Virus record (IMG/VR): IMGVR_UViG_3300037424_001372
Location: 32,001-96,000 of that record
Source: a virus
Taxonomy: Duplodnaviria > Heunggongvirae > Uroviricota > Caudoviricetes
Direction: 5' to 3' (one strand)
DNA: 64,000 nt
Shown: piece after piece, positions 48,386 to 58,376 of the stretch
Layout of the letters: each line of letters starts with the position of its first letter
How positions within the stretch are numbered: position 1 is the stretch's first letter
Notes under the pieces: model-generated
Told to the model about the DNA's origin: nothing
The model's input: the letters and a program-made list of their open reading frames with translations, nothing else
Database searches by the model: none
Position numbers and translations under genes: made by a program

Positions 48386-49216
48386 TTAGATTGCAATTTC
48401 CAATGTTTTGCTTAATTTTTGAATACCTTCAATATTTTTTATTTCAAAATCATCAATAGTATATTCATAAAAGTTTTTCATTTCTTTTAAAACTAATATT
48501 GGTTGTTCTTCTAATGGTTCACGTTTTAATAATTCATCGACAGAATCAAAATGTTTATCATATATATGTAAGTTTTGTGTCAAATGACAAAATTTACCAA
48601 TATTATATCCTAAATGACCAGCAATCATCATTTGCAATGCAACATATTGAATTTTATTAATGTAACCAGCCATAATATAATCATTACTTCTCTGTATAAG
48701 TGTTAAATCTAAATAAAAAATATTATTAACTTTTCTAACTGACCAAATAGTTTCATAAGCACATGGGTCTAAACCAATTGTAGAATTAATATCTTCATAT
48801 TGATACATGTTTATAATGTGTCTACGCGCAAATGGATTATATTCTAAAGAATATAAAAGTTTATTAATTAAATCATGTTTCTTAACTGTTGCACCATATC
48901 TTTGTCCAATAGTCCCATCACCAACATTCCATTCATCCCACCAATTAATACCTAATTTGTGTGCATCTGATAAAATATTAGATTGTTTCTGATAAATCCA
49001 AAACATTTCTTTAATTCCAGTTTTTATTGCAGTATTTCTTAAAGTAGTTATTGGAAATTCCCCTTTAGATAAATCATATTCTTCAAATATTTGAGTAATA
49101 AATTTACTATGTGCTGGTTGACCATCTTTCCATTTTGGTCTTGGGTTTTCATCCCACTGTCCATCATTTAAAATTTTATTTAAATTTTGAATGTAATAAT
49201 TATCTGCTTTTATCAT
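48386..49216 (-). CDS. thyA: Thymidylate synthase
   Basis: YDLSKGEFPITT, RRHI, LDPC, QRSND, NLHIY. Confidence 0.93.
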   Translation of the reverse strand: MIKADNYYIQNLNKILNDGQWDENPRPKWKDGQPAHSKFITQIFEEYDLSKGEFPITTLRNTAIKTGIKEMFWIYQKQSNILSDAHKLGINWWDEWNVGDGTIGQRYGATVKKHDLINKLLYSLEYNPFARRHIINMYQYEDINSTIGLDPCAYETIWSVRKVNNIFYLDLTLIQRSNDYIMAGYINKIQYVALQMMIAGHLGYNIGKFCHLTQNLHIYDKHFDSVDELLKREPLEEQPILVLKEMKNFYEYTIDDFEIKNIEGIQKLSKTLEIAI

Positions 49217-50195
49217 AATAAAATTGATTAAATTTTTTTATATTATTAGTTAAATCTTCAATTAATATAGATGAATGTCTTGATTTTCTTATATTATCAC
49301 TCCATAATATTAATTCTAAATTAGATGGATGTGAAATTATATCAACCTCAATATTATTAATAAATCCTTCAAACACACTGAATTTATGGTCAAGTTGATA
49401 TCCATCATTACCATTTGTAACTCTTTTTAAATTTTCTGGATTAATAAATTCATTATATTTAAGATAGTTTTTTCTGGTTAAATTTCTCACACTCTTACTA
49501 TATTTTTTAAAATCACTTAAAAATTCATCTGGAATAATCAATCCTCTTAAAATTTTAGTATTCCTTTGTTTTTTCACATTTTCTTCATTATTAATTAAAA
49601 AGGAATTGGTTACACCATATTTTGTTTCAATAATGGTTTTTATTTTATGAATTATTTCGGAAGATTTAAATGGATTATCAACGCCATAATTAATTAGCCA
49701 AGTTTTCTTTGCTTTATTTTTTATTTCTTCAGAATGAAATGAATGAAATACACCAAAATTTTGAAACATTTTTTCCTTAACCTTATCATTAAGTGATTTT
49801 ACTTGAAATGTATATCCCCCGTATTTAATATTAAATGTTTCGGTTCTTTTTTTAATTCTAATTTTCTTTTCATCATCACTTAAATTCAAATAACATTCTC
49901 TAAATTTATTTTTAGTTTCGTCCGAATTGTTATTACATTTATGGGAACAATATTTATTTTGAATATTTAACATATTTTTACCACATTGTGCACATTTATT
50001 AATACTATATTTATTATATAGTATATAATTTATTCTTACACTCAACGAAGGATTCATTTCATTTAAAAATGATGTTTCTTTTTGAATTTCAAAAATAAAA
50101 TTCTCGTTCAAATGTGACATTTTTTTTGATGAAATAAGTGGTTTACTATTTCGTATAAAACAAACTTCATTAATTATTTTTTCTTTTATATTCAT
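49200..50195 (-). CDS. Homing endonuclease-like protein (YGVDN repeats, HNH-like C-terminus)
   Basis: YQLDHKFS...HPSNLEL...NIRK, similar to C-terminus of 671-1456. Confidence 0.7.
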   Translation of the reverse strand: MNIKEKIINEVCFIRNSKPLISSKKMSHLNENFIFEIQKETSFLNEMNPSLSVRINYILYNKYSINKCAQCGKNMLNIQNKYCSHKCNNNSDETKNKFRECYLNLSDDEKKIRIKKRTETFNIKYGGYTFQVKSLNDKVKEKMFQNFGVFHSFHSEEIKNKAKKTWLINYGVDNPFKSSEIIHKIKTIIETKYGVTNSFLINNEENVKKQRNTKILRGLIIPDEFLSDFKKYSKSVRNLTRKNYLKYNEFINPENLKRVTNGNDGYQLDHKFSVFEGFINNIEVDIISHPSNLELILWSDNIRKSRHSSILIEDLTNNIKKFNQFYYDKSR

Positions 50196-50306
50196 GTTTG
50201 ATTGCTTTTCTCATAAATACTAAGAAACCATAAAAAATCATAATTTATTTTGAAATATGTTTACTTTCTTTTTCAACACCATTATTTATGATGTTTTGTA
50301 ATAAGT

Positions 50307-50654
50307 CTAAAGATTGTTTACGTGTTTATTAATTAATGTTTCAAATTTTTCATTAATTTCTTTTGTTTTTTCAGATGACAATGGGAATATTGCTGGTTTT
50401 ATTATTTCAATAATTTTATTTATTTCTTTATTTTTATAAGCATTTTCAGTTATAAATATATCTCTAACTGTTATTCCACATAAATGCATTGCTTTTGAAA
50501 TACAATGATATGTAAATTTATCAGTATTAATAAACTTCCCATATCTTGATGTTTTTATATTAAAATTATCACCTACTAATGAATCAACATAATTTTGAAA
50601 ATCTTCAGTTGTTTCAGCGATAACTCCAATAGTTATTTTTTCTTTTATATTCAT
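50307..50654 (-). CDS. Hypothetical protein
   Basis: 115-aa ORF. Confidence 0.55.
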   Translation of the reverse strand: MNIKEKITIGVIAETTEDFQNYVDSLVGDNFNIKTSRYGKFINTDKFTYHCISKAMHLCGITVRDIFITENAYKNKEINKIIEIIKPAIFPLSSEKTKEINEKFETLINKHVNNL

Positions 50655-50689
50655 ATTTAATTAGTTTCTATTTGGTTATAAATATTTTT

Positions 50690-50944
50690 GAATCACTATA
50701 AATAGTTCTTGGAAGATTGTACACCGAAAATAATAGTTAAATCATCAAGGTCTTTCAAAATACTATTTTTAGTGTTTTAAATACTTCATAAAGTATCGTC
50801 ATGTTGTTCACCACGCATTGTAATAAATATAATTTAATGACTTTCAGAATGTAATTTAATTATCATTTCTTTAGCCTCTTCAAATCATTCATTTGTATGA
50901 TATTTTACGATAGTATTATCAATATCGGAAAAATGTACTCCCAT
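50690..50944 (-). pseudogene. Degraded HAD-like hydrolase
   Basis: MGVHFSDIDNTIV...E*FEE...SH*IIFITMRG...L*SI*; four in-frame stops. Confidence 0.6.
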
Positions 50945-50950
50945 ATTTAT

Positions 50951-51391
50951 TTAATTATTACCTGTTGAACCAAAACCATTGGTACTTCTAACAGTAATTT
51001 TATTAAAACTGCTGACTTCAATTAGACTAATTTTAGAATATTTAGCAATAACCATTTGTGCAATTCTTTCATCATTATTTATAATAAATGATTCTGCGCC
51101 AAGATTGATCAAAATAACCTTAATTTCGCCTAAATAATCTGTATCAATTGTACCCGGAGAATTAAGAACAGTAATTCCATGCTTGGCTGCTAATCCACTT
51201 CTTGGTCTAATCTGTGCTTCATGACCTTCAGGTAATTCAATAAAAATACCTGTTGGGACTATTGCTCTTTCTAACGGTTTTATTTCAATAGGTTTTTCAA
51301 TAAAAGCCCTTAAATCCATTCCAGAAGAACCTACTGTTGCATAGTTAGGTAGTTCATTGTTAGATTTATTAATAATTTTTATATTTTTCAT
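50951..51391 (-). CDS. dut: dUTPase
   Basis: [30 protein letters not shown]. Confidence 0.95.
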   Translation of the reverse strand: MKNIKIINKSNNELPNYATVGSSGMDLRAFIEKPIEIKPLERAIVPTGIFIELPEGHEAQIRPRSGLAAKHGITVLNSPGTIDTDYLGEIKVILINLGAESFIINNDERIAQMVIAKYSKISLIEVSSFNKITVRSTNGFGSTGNN

Positions 51392-51392
51392 A

Positions 51393-51674
51393 CTAGCGAT
51401 TTTTCAAATTATTTAAAATATCATTAATTGTTTCTGGATAATCAGTTGTTTTTTCAATATCATTAATGAATTTTTGATAATCATCTTCAATTTTCTGACT
51501 ATTTTCACGAAATTCATTAATTTTTTTTAATGCAAATCTTGCTTGATAACCTTGTTCATCACAATCAATCCCAGCTAGATTACCCATAGCACAACTATAA
51601 TTTTTTTCATTAGCATAAAATTTCAATGCTTGTTCGAGCAAAGTAATTAAATTTTCATAATCATTATTCGTCAT
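51393..51674 (-). CDS. Hypothetical protein
   Basis: 93-aa ORF. Confidence 0.6.
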   Translation of the reverse strand: MTNNDYENLITLLEQALKFYANEKNYSCAMGNLAGIDCDEQGYQARFALKKINEFRENSQKIEDDYQKFINDIEKTTDYPETINDILNNLKNR

Positions 51675-51999
51675 CTTTTAATTCATTTTCTTGTATGATA
51701 TTCTTTAAATCTTGGACTTCTTTAGGATATAAAGAAAATTCTCTTCGGTATGGATATTCATTTTTTTTGTTTATTTTACTATAAAAGAATTTTCCATGAG
51801 ATTCAGATTCTTCAAATTGTTTATAAAATTCCGGATTAATATTACTATAAGAATATGTGTCACCACGACTAAATGCAATATATAATCTCCGAATATTAGG
51901 AAAATACGTTGTTTTTAATATATTATCTGATTTAAAAACAGATTCAACGTATCCAATACTCTTATCTTCGTTTAATATTTCTTTTCTTTCAACTAACAT
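51664..51999 (-). CDS. KTSC-domain protein
   Basis: SDNI...LYIAF..G.TYSY.NI....F..SESHGKFF. Confidence 0.7.
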   Translation of the reverse strand: MLVERKEILNEDKSIGYVESVFKSDNILKTTYFPNIRRLYIAFSRGDTYSYSNINPEFYKQFEESESHGKFFYSKINKKNEYPYRREFSLYPKEVQDLKNIIQENELKDDE

Positions 52000-52070
52000 A
52001 GTTTGGTCATTTTGGCAAATGTAAACATTTAATATTTAATCTCAAAGAGTATTTATATTTAAAGTAGTAT

Positions 52071-52838
52071 ATGTCGCTTCCAAAAAAAAATACCAAGTTA
52101 ACATTAGATATTAATCCGCCTGAAATAGGGACTAAATATCTTGAATACGGTTTTGATAGGATTGAAGAACTTATGAGGTTAACAGATGAGAAAACTAAAT
52201 ATCTTCCAAGAACCATATTATTAGAGGATATTGACCAATCAGTATTTGATTATATTAATATCGATAAAATGAAAATTGCTTTAGATGGTAAAGTAGTTCC
52301 GACATTTTATTTAGATAATGACCGTTGGGGGGAATTTAGTAAAACATGGAAATTTATGGACAACGATAAAAATGTACCTACTCCGTATATTACGATTAGA
52401 AGAATTGATAAGCAAGCGGGTACTCGTTTGGGCAGTAAATATAGAATTCCCGCACCACGTAGTTTTAGATACGTAAACGTTCCTATTTTAGATGAAGGTC
52501 AAGTAATTTATTTACAATTTAAAATGCCAGAACCAGTTAATGTTGACATGACATATGAAGTGGCTTTATTTACTAAATATCGTGTTGACGTGAATCAATA
52601 TGATGAACTAATTTTAAAAAATTTCGCATCCAGACAAGATTATATTTGGATTAAAGGTAATCCAATGCCTTTATTATTTGAAGGTTTTGCTGAAAGCAAT
52701 ACTATTGAAAATATTGATGGTGATCGTTTCTTTGTATCTAAATATGCGCTAAAAACACTTGGTTTTATTCAAGATGAAAAAGAATTTGAAATAGTTAAAA
52801 CAATTAGAAAAACAAGATTAGGTTTTTCAATAGAATAA
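52071..52838 (+). CDS. Tail completion/terminator protein (gp15-like)
   Basis: PTPYITIRR, PEPVNVDMTYEV pattern; virion context. Confidence 0.6.
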   Translation: MSLPKKNTKLTLDINPPEIGTKYLEYGFDRIEELMRLTDEKTKYLPRTILLEDIDQSVFDYINIDKMKIALDGKVVPTFYLDNDRWGEFSKTWKFMDNDKNVPTPYITIRRIDKQAGTRLGSKYRIPAPRSFRYVNVPILDEGQVIYLQFKMPEPVNVDMTYEVALFTKYRVDVNQYDELILKNFASRQDYIWIKGNPMPLLFEGFAESNTIENIDGDRFFVSKYALKTLGFIQDEKEFEIVKTIRKTRLGFSIE

Positions 52839-53729
52839 TCACACATTAATATTTGTCGAACCATTATCATAATTACCGTCATTTGATTGAAAAGTATTTC
52901 CTGAAGGGAACACTGGTTTTAAATTAGTAATATTTTCAACACCATTATTAATTTTCTTATGATAAGCATTATTCGATAATACTTGATATGGTTTAATTGT
53001 GATTGGTGTTGTTAAATCATTATAATTAAAAAAATTATATTTCCAAGTCATATCACTTATATTAATTTCAATTTTGAAGTACATTTTTTCAGGCGTTGTG
53101 AAATTTTCTATGGTTTTATTATAAAATAAATTCACGACACCTGTTTTTGAATTATAGAAACTATATTTACAATAAACATTAACAATATTATCTGTTTGAC
53201 CATCAATAAATTTTTTTGGAATTGTTATATAATAAAATGGATTTATTGAATTGAATGATATAAAGTATTTAGGTATTGAAGTATTATTAACTAACACACT
53301 ATTTAATATATTTGTATTATAATTTGATGATATTTTATTTTGAGTATAGCTATCGTAACTATCATATAAATCAACAATATAAAAACTATTTTTTACATTA
53401 ACAGTTCCATTTTGTATTTCATGTGTAGTAAAATTTGCCCCACCAGTTGGTCTGCCTAAAAGTACATCCCAAATTGTTTTAGTAAAAGAATTGGAATATG
53501 TAGAGTTATCTGAAGTAAAATAAAATTCAATATAAGTGCTTTCAAAAGGTGGGTTATATTTAAATCTATAAACCTCATTATCTGTAATTGGGTTTATTAA
53601 ATTTATTTTAGTTTTTTCAACAAGATTATCTATTTCTTGTTGAAGACCTAATATTTTATTATTTCCACCAAGATTAATTAACATTACTTTATCTTGTGAG
53701 TTAAATTTTATAGTTTCTTTAATTAACAT
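52839..53729 (-). CDS. Putative virion structural protein
   Basis: 296-aa ORF in tail/baseplate block. Confidence 0.55.
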   Translation of the reverse strand: MLIKETIKFNSQDKVMLINLGGNNKILGLQQEIDNLVEKTKINLINPITDNEVYRFKYNPPFESTYIEFYFTSDNSTYSNSFTKTIWDVLLGRPTGGANFTTHEIQNGTVNVKNSFYIVDLYDSYDSYTQNKISSNYNTNILNSVLVNNTSIPKYFISFNSINPFYYITIPKKFIDGQTDNIVNVYCKYSFYNSKTGVVNLFYNKTIENFTTPEKMYFKIEINISDMTWKYNFFNYNDLTTPITIKPYQVLSNNAYHKKINNGVENITNLKPVFPSGNTFQSNDGNYDNGSTNINV

Positions 53730-55333
53730 GGTTTTCCAATATTATTTAAATCGGTCAAAGGTTTATTGTTTAATATTATTGAATTGTTCAGGTAAGATAT
53801 TTCTGAAAATACTTTAATCGTATTGTCGTGTATTTCAAATGATTCTATACTTAAATTGGGTTCAATACTAAGTATAATTTGATTATACACGTATCTTCTT
53901 CCATTAATAAAGGGATAATCTACTCCAACGCCAGTTAATGGTTCTACATAACCTTGTGGTAAAATATCTCGCCAAACATAAATACCAGACTCTTTTATCA
54001 TTGTTGCGTAATTAGGTATTTCACCATAAGCTTGGCCATTTGGGTTTGGGGTTAATTCGACTCTTATTCGTAATTCATCTCCAATTTTATAATGTTTATT
54101 AAATTTAGTTACGCCGATATATTCTGAATCATTATATATTCTAGTAGTACCATTAACTAAAACATAATCAGTCCCATTCGTATTTTCTTCGATATATGTT
54201 TTTACTAAATAAAAATCGTTTTCATAATTTAACCACATTTGTGATATAAATTCAAAATCATAGTTTGCATTTGTTTTAAATATTATCACACCTGTTGATG
54301 TATTCCAATAGTATTCATCGGTAATTTGATTATCCCAATTTTCGACATTGCTAGGATTATTAACAATACTTTGCCAAATTGATTTATTAAAAACAATATT
54401 TAAATTTGAATTATCTGGTGAAGATATTTTAAGTTTGGTAATATTTTCACGAATAATATCTAATTTAGCAGTATTAACAATATTATTTAAATATCTTAAT
54501 CTAATTGGAATAAGTGGATTATATGACCATTCTAACCAATAATTAATACCTTCTTTAATATATTTTGTTCTAATATAAAATTTTTGATTATCGATAACTT
54601 CTTGATAGAAATTATTTTTATCATAAACAACAATATCTTGAATATATTCGTTATTATTGGTTTTTACAATACTACCAATAGTTAAATCGGTTGTATTTAA
54701 AATATTTTTGATTGGATTAATACTGTCCCATTTTTTAAATGACATTTCTTCATTAAGACTATTGTTTCTTCTATATTGAATGAATATAAACACTTCGGTA
54801 ATTGGAAAACCAAAATAATCAAACATTTCACTTATATCAATGTCACAAGTAAAATTAAACGAATAGATTTGTTCACCATAAACATTATTACTAAAACCAG
54901 CATTATAAATTTCAAAAGATTTGTTTGTGGCAATTACTTGAAAATTCCTACCATAAAAATCATTACCTAAATCATTATAACTAGTTCCAGATGCAGGAGT
55001 AACTAAATAAAAATCAAATGAATTGAAAATGTTTTTTATATCGTTACTTGATTTAGGATTAAAGAAGTTATTTAAACCACTATAATTAGCAGATAATCCG
55101 TTTAACAATGATAAATATTCAATTCTACCATATATTCTATAAATAGCGTTTTTTTCTCTTTCTTCATCAAATACTTCCGTTGAGTTTACGGCATCATTAA
55201 CAGTAAATTCAGTGTTTTCAGACAAACTATTAAATAATTCGATTTTAATGATATTATCTTTATTAACACTATTAATGTTTTTTTGACTTCCTAATAATAT
55301 ATCGTATTGATTATCCATATCCATAAATACCAA
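53723..55333 (-). CDS. Putative virion structural protein
   Basis: 536 aa; WRDILPQG..GVDYPFING. Confidence 0.55.
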   Translation of the reverse strand: MVFMDMDNQYDILLGSQKNINSVNKDNIIKIELFNSLSENTEFTVNDAVNSTEVFDEEREKNAIYRIYGRIEYLSLLNGLSANYSGLNNFFNPKSSNDIKNIFNSFDFYLVTPASGTSYNDLGNDFYGRNFQVIATNKSFEIYNAGFSNNVYGEQIYSFNFTCDIDISEMFDYFGFPITEVFIFIQYRRNNSLNEEMSFKKWDSINPIKNILNTTDLTIGSIVKTNNNEYIQDIVVYDKNNFYQEVIDNQKFYIRTKYIKEGINYWLEWSYNPLIPIRLRYLNNIVNTAKLDIIRENITKLKISSPDNSNLNIVFNKSIWQSIVNNPSNVENWDNQITDEYYWNTSTGVIIFKTNANYDFEFISQMWLNYENDFYLVKTYIEENTNGTDYVLVNGTTRIYNDSEYIGVTKFNKHYKIGDELRIRVELTPNPNGQAYGEIPNYATMIKESGIYVWRDILPQGYVEPLTGVGVDYPFINGRRYVYNQIILSIEPNLSIESFEIHDNTIKVFSEISYLNNSIILNNKPLTDLNNIGKPC

Positions 55334-55407
55334 TATTTTTTAATAATTTGTAACAATTAGAATATTTTATCGTAATAATTGACATATTCTAACTAAATTT
55401 TTATAAT

Positions 55408-55875
55408 ATGAAAACATTAAATTATTTACCAATTATCTTATTCTTAACAACAATTTCAATGACAAGCTGTAGTAAAGAAAATGATCAGATTAACGATGGA
55501 CTTATTAACAAAGATCAGATTAATGATGAACCTATTGACACAAGTACTCTCGAACAAAAACATCTTGATTGGAAAAATCTGACTTATGTTCGTACTGAAA
55601 GAGATGGTGTTGTTCTCGATGTTGTTTATGTACATCCATATTCGATTAAAATTGTTGGTAATGATATAATTATTAAAGATCAAGAACATGATAAAATTTT
55701 TGAAGAAACATGTAATGATATTGAACTTATTTCGAATGAAGTTTATTTTTATCAACCGGATTTAACAAATGTATCTTATCCAAGATACATTTGGAATTAT
55801 GAAAAAAATAGTGGTTATATTTTATTAAGCACCACAGGTGCTTCCAATTATAAACATTGGATGAAGATAAACTAA
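55408..55875 (+). CDS. Lipoprotein, Bacteroidota type
   Basis: Signal peptide II MKTLNYLPIILFLTTISMTS-C followed by SKEND. Confidence 0.75.
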   Translation: MKTLNYLPIILFLTTISMTSCSKENDQINDGLINKDQINDEPIDTSTLEQKHLDWKNLTYVRTERDGVVLDVVYVHPYSIKIVGNDIIIKDQEHDKIFEETCNDIELISNEVYFYQPDLTNVSYPRYIWNYEKNSGYILLSTTGASNYKHWMKIN

Positions 55876-55885
55876 AATAATAATG

Positions 55886-55904
55886 GGGACTTAATTTAAG
55901 TCCC
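55886..55904. terminator. Hairpin between convergent genes
   Basis: GGGACTTA-ATT-TAAGTCCC. Confidence 0.55.
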
Positions 55905-55910
55905 TATTTA

Positions 55911-58376
55911 TCATACTATTCTAAATTCCTTAACCAAAGCAATTATATCATTTTCATACATCCCCTTAAAAATATAAGCACTTGCATGGTCTTCGACAGC
56001 ATAAATACTTGCATATTCATCCCATCCATATTCAGTATATTCTTGTCCATTTGTGGTAGAACCACTACCAATTCCACCATATAATGGTCTTGGTTTAAGA
56101 TATTTATATAAACTTAAATTTAATGAGGTGTCAATACCTGTTTTAGCAAATATATCGCCTCTAGTATCACCAGTATATTTAATACTATCTGCTTCTTTAA
56201 ACATACGTGTATCGCCTTTTCTATTCCATAAACCTGCATTAATACCTTTATATGGAATATTTGCCAATTTATTTAATTCATTAGATGGTAATTGTATGAA
56301 AGTCGTTTGAAACGCATCGCCCCTTAATAAATTACGAGTATTGGTGATGTATGCAAAAATTTTTTGATTATTTTGTGTGACAAAGTGTTCAGAACCATTA
56401 GTGGTATCCCAATGATAGACATCTGCGAAACTATAGTTACGATCTTTACCTGAATCATAGGCCCAAACATATTGTGGGAATATTAAACTGAAGTTTAACC
56501 ATTGTCCGCCGAAATATCTATTAAATCGAAATTTATTGGTTGTTGAATATATACTATTTTCTTGACTACTATTTTTAATGAATTTAACATTATATGGAAA
56601 ATCATATCTATAAAATAAATCATTTACATCATTAGAATATGTTGAACCAGATGTGGTTGGAACCAAATAATTTAAATCATCGGTTGAATCTGATTGTGTA
56701 ATACTATCATATCCAGATGTTTTAAACCATAAACCTGCGGTGAATTTAGTATCGTAATAACTAATATCATTTGGAAATACACCAGTAGTGCCCATAGGAT
56801 CATAGAACATATTTTCGGTATTATCTTTACCAATACCATTATTATTAGTTGTTGATTTAACTGGCATAAATTGTGCTACTGCATAAACACTTCCACCGGT
56901 AAATGCAAAATATTCTCTTCTCCATTTATTATTATATTCGTTAAATGTTAATCCGTCAGTATAGCTATCGCTATTAGTTGTACTATCACTAGCTCTCAAT
57001 CCAGTACTTTGTGGAAGTTTTAACCAACCTCTAGCTTTATGTGCCAGATTAGGACCATTAAATTTTTTATCCCATGAATTATTAATTGGCAATTCTTCAA
57101 GGTTTGGATATTTAATCAACATCATACCATAAAATCTTGAAAAAATCCCCAATTCATAATCATCGTCAACAACGATCTCTTCACCCTCTTCATTAATATA
57201 TGATTTTCGTCTATTACATTGTAGATTAATTAAAAAACTGCCATCTTTTTGAACTATAAAATATTCTGATTTATCAACTTCATATATATCTTTATCATAA
57301 TCAAAATCATTTGGGAATATTAATTGATCATTTATGTCTATTGGAATTCTATTAGAAAACGTAAATATTCTGATTTCAGGATTACTTACCCTATAAGTCC
57401 TTATATCAAGATTATTTCCAAAACCACCTGATTGTGTGTGCAAAGAATAAAAACCCCTGTCTTCATCATTTGCATCAGGATTACCATATATACCATAACT
57501 ACCCATTGTCATTGTATTGCCAATAATTATGGTATTGGAAGTCAATACTGTTTTACTTGTTCTAAAATCTTGTCGGGTTATACCAATTTCAAAATTATCA
57601 ACATCCCCCCAAAATGGTCTAATATCAACACTAATTTCCTGAGTTTCGATATTTGGTAAATTATTTAAATCATCACTGGGTTTAATTGAGGTATTATTAT
57701 CAGTAAAAAGATTTTCGGAATAACCTGCAATAATCATACTACTGGGATTCATACTATATTCACCAATATCTGTAATATCCACACTCATATGAATTAATTG
57801 TGTTCCAATTGGCAATCCAAAAATCATATAATCACCAAATTTATTTGTTAATGCAGTATATTTATAATATTTCTTATATACATTAATCAATAAATTATTT
57901 CCAAGGACCTCTTCTTTTATTGGAAATGAACCAAACGGTTGACTTGGTTTATATGAACCGGTTTCATTGTTTATTTTAGCAACTCGTGGTAATAAATTAT
58001 ATCTCTTACCATTAAGATTTTTATCTCTTGGAGTTTTATATGGGTAAACACTATAAATTTCAGCATCATTTGCATCTTCATCAGTTAAAGGTATAAAAAC
58101 ACTAATTTTTGTATTAGGAATACCAACACCACCATTAGCTACAACCCTACCAACTAACACACCATAATCTGAATTAAAATTTTGATAAGCATCCTCTGTT
58201 GATATATTCATAGTTAAAAACTCAATTGTCTCAATATTTTGTTCGAGCTTAACAACAATATATTTATCTTGATTTTCATTACCAGTACTACCACTATTAA
58301 AATAAATTCTTTGTGATTTATTCATATTTAAATATTTATTATAAATACTAATATCTAAAAACCGTTTTTTTTTCAT
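55911..58376 (-). CDS. Putative baseplate/tail structural protein; likely start near 58325
   Basis: GVLVGRV..GIPNTKISVF..TNKFGDYMIFGLP beta-sandwich-like N-terminus. Confidence 0.6.
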   Translation of the reverse strand: MKKKRFLDISIYNKYLNMNKSQRIYFNSGSTGNENQDKYIVVKLEQNIETIEFLTMNISTEDAYQNFNSDYGVLVGRVVANGGVGIPNTKISVFIPLTDEDANDAEIYSVYPYKTPRDKNLNGKRYNLLPRVAKINNETGSYKPSQPFGSFPIKEEVLGNNLLINVYKKYYKYTALTNKFGDYMIFGLPIGTQLIHMSVDITDIGEYSMNPSSMIIAGYSENLFTDNNTSIKPSDDLNNLPNIETQEISVDIRPFWGDVDNFEIGITRQDFRTSKTVLTSNTIIIGNTMTMGSYGIYGNPDANDEDRGFYSLHTQSGGFGNNLDIRTYRVSNPEIRIFTFSNRIPIDINDQLIFPNDFDYDKDIYEVDKSEYFIVQKDGSFLINLQCNRRKSYINEEGEEIVVDDDYELGIFSRFYGMMLIKYPNLEELPINNSWDKKFNGPNLAHKARGWLKLPQSTGLRASDSTTNSDSYTDGLTFNEYNNKWRREYFAFTGGSVYAVAQFMPVKSTTNNNGIGKDNTENMFYDPMGTTGVFPNDISYYDTKFTAGLWFKTSGYDSITQSDSTDDLNYLVPTTSGSTYSNDVNDLFYRYDFPYNVKFIKNSSQENSIYSTTNKFRFNRYFGGQWLNFSLIFPQYVWAYDSGKDRNYSFADVYHWDTTNGSEHFVTQNNQKIFAYITNTRNLLRGDAFQTTFIQLPSNELNKLANIPYKGINAGLWNRKGDTRMFKEADSIKYTGDTRGDIFAKTGIDTSLNLSLYKYLKPRPLYGGIGSGSTTNGQEYTEYGWDEYASIYAVEDHASAYIFKGMYENDIIALVKEFRIV

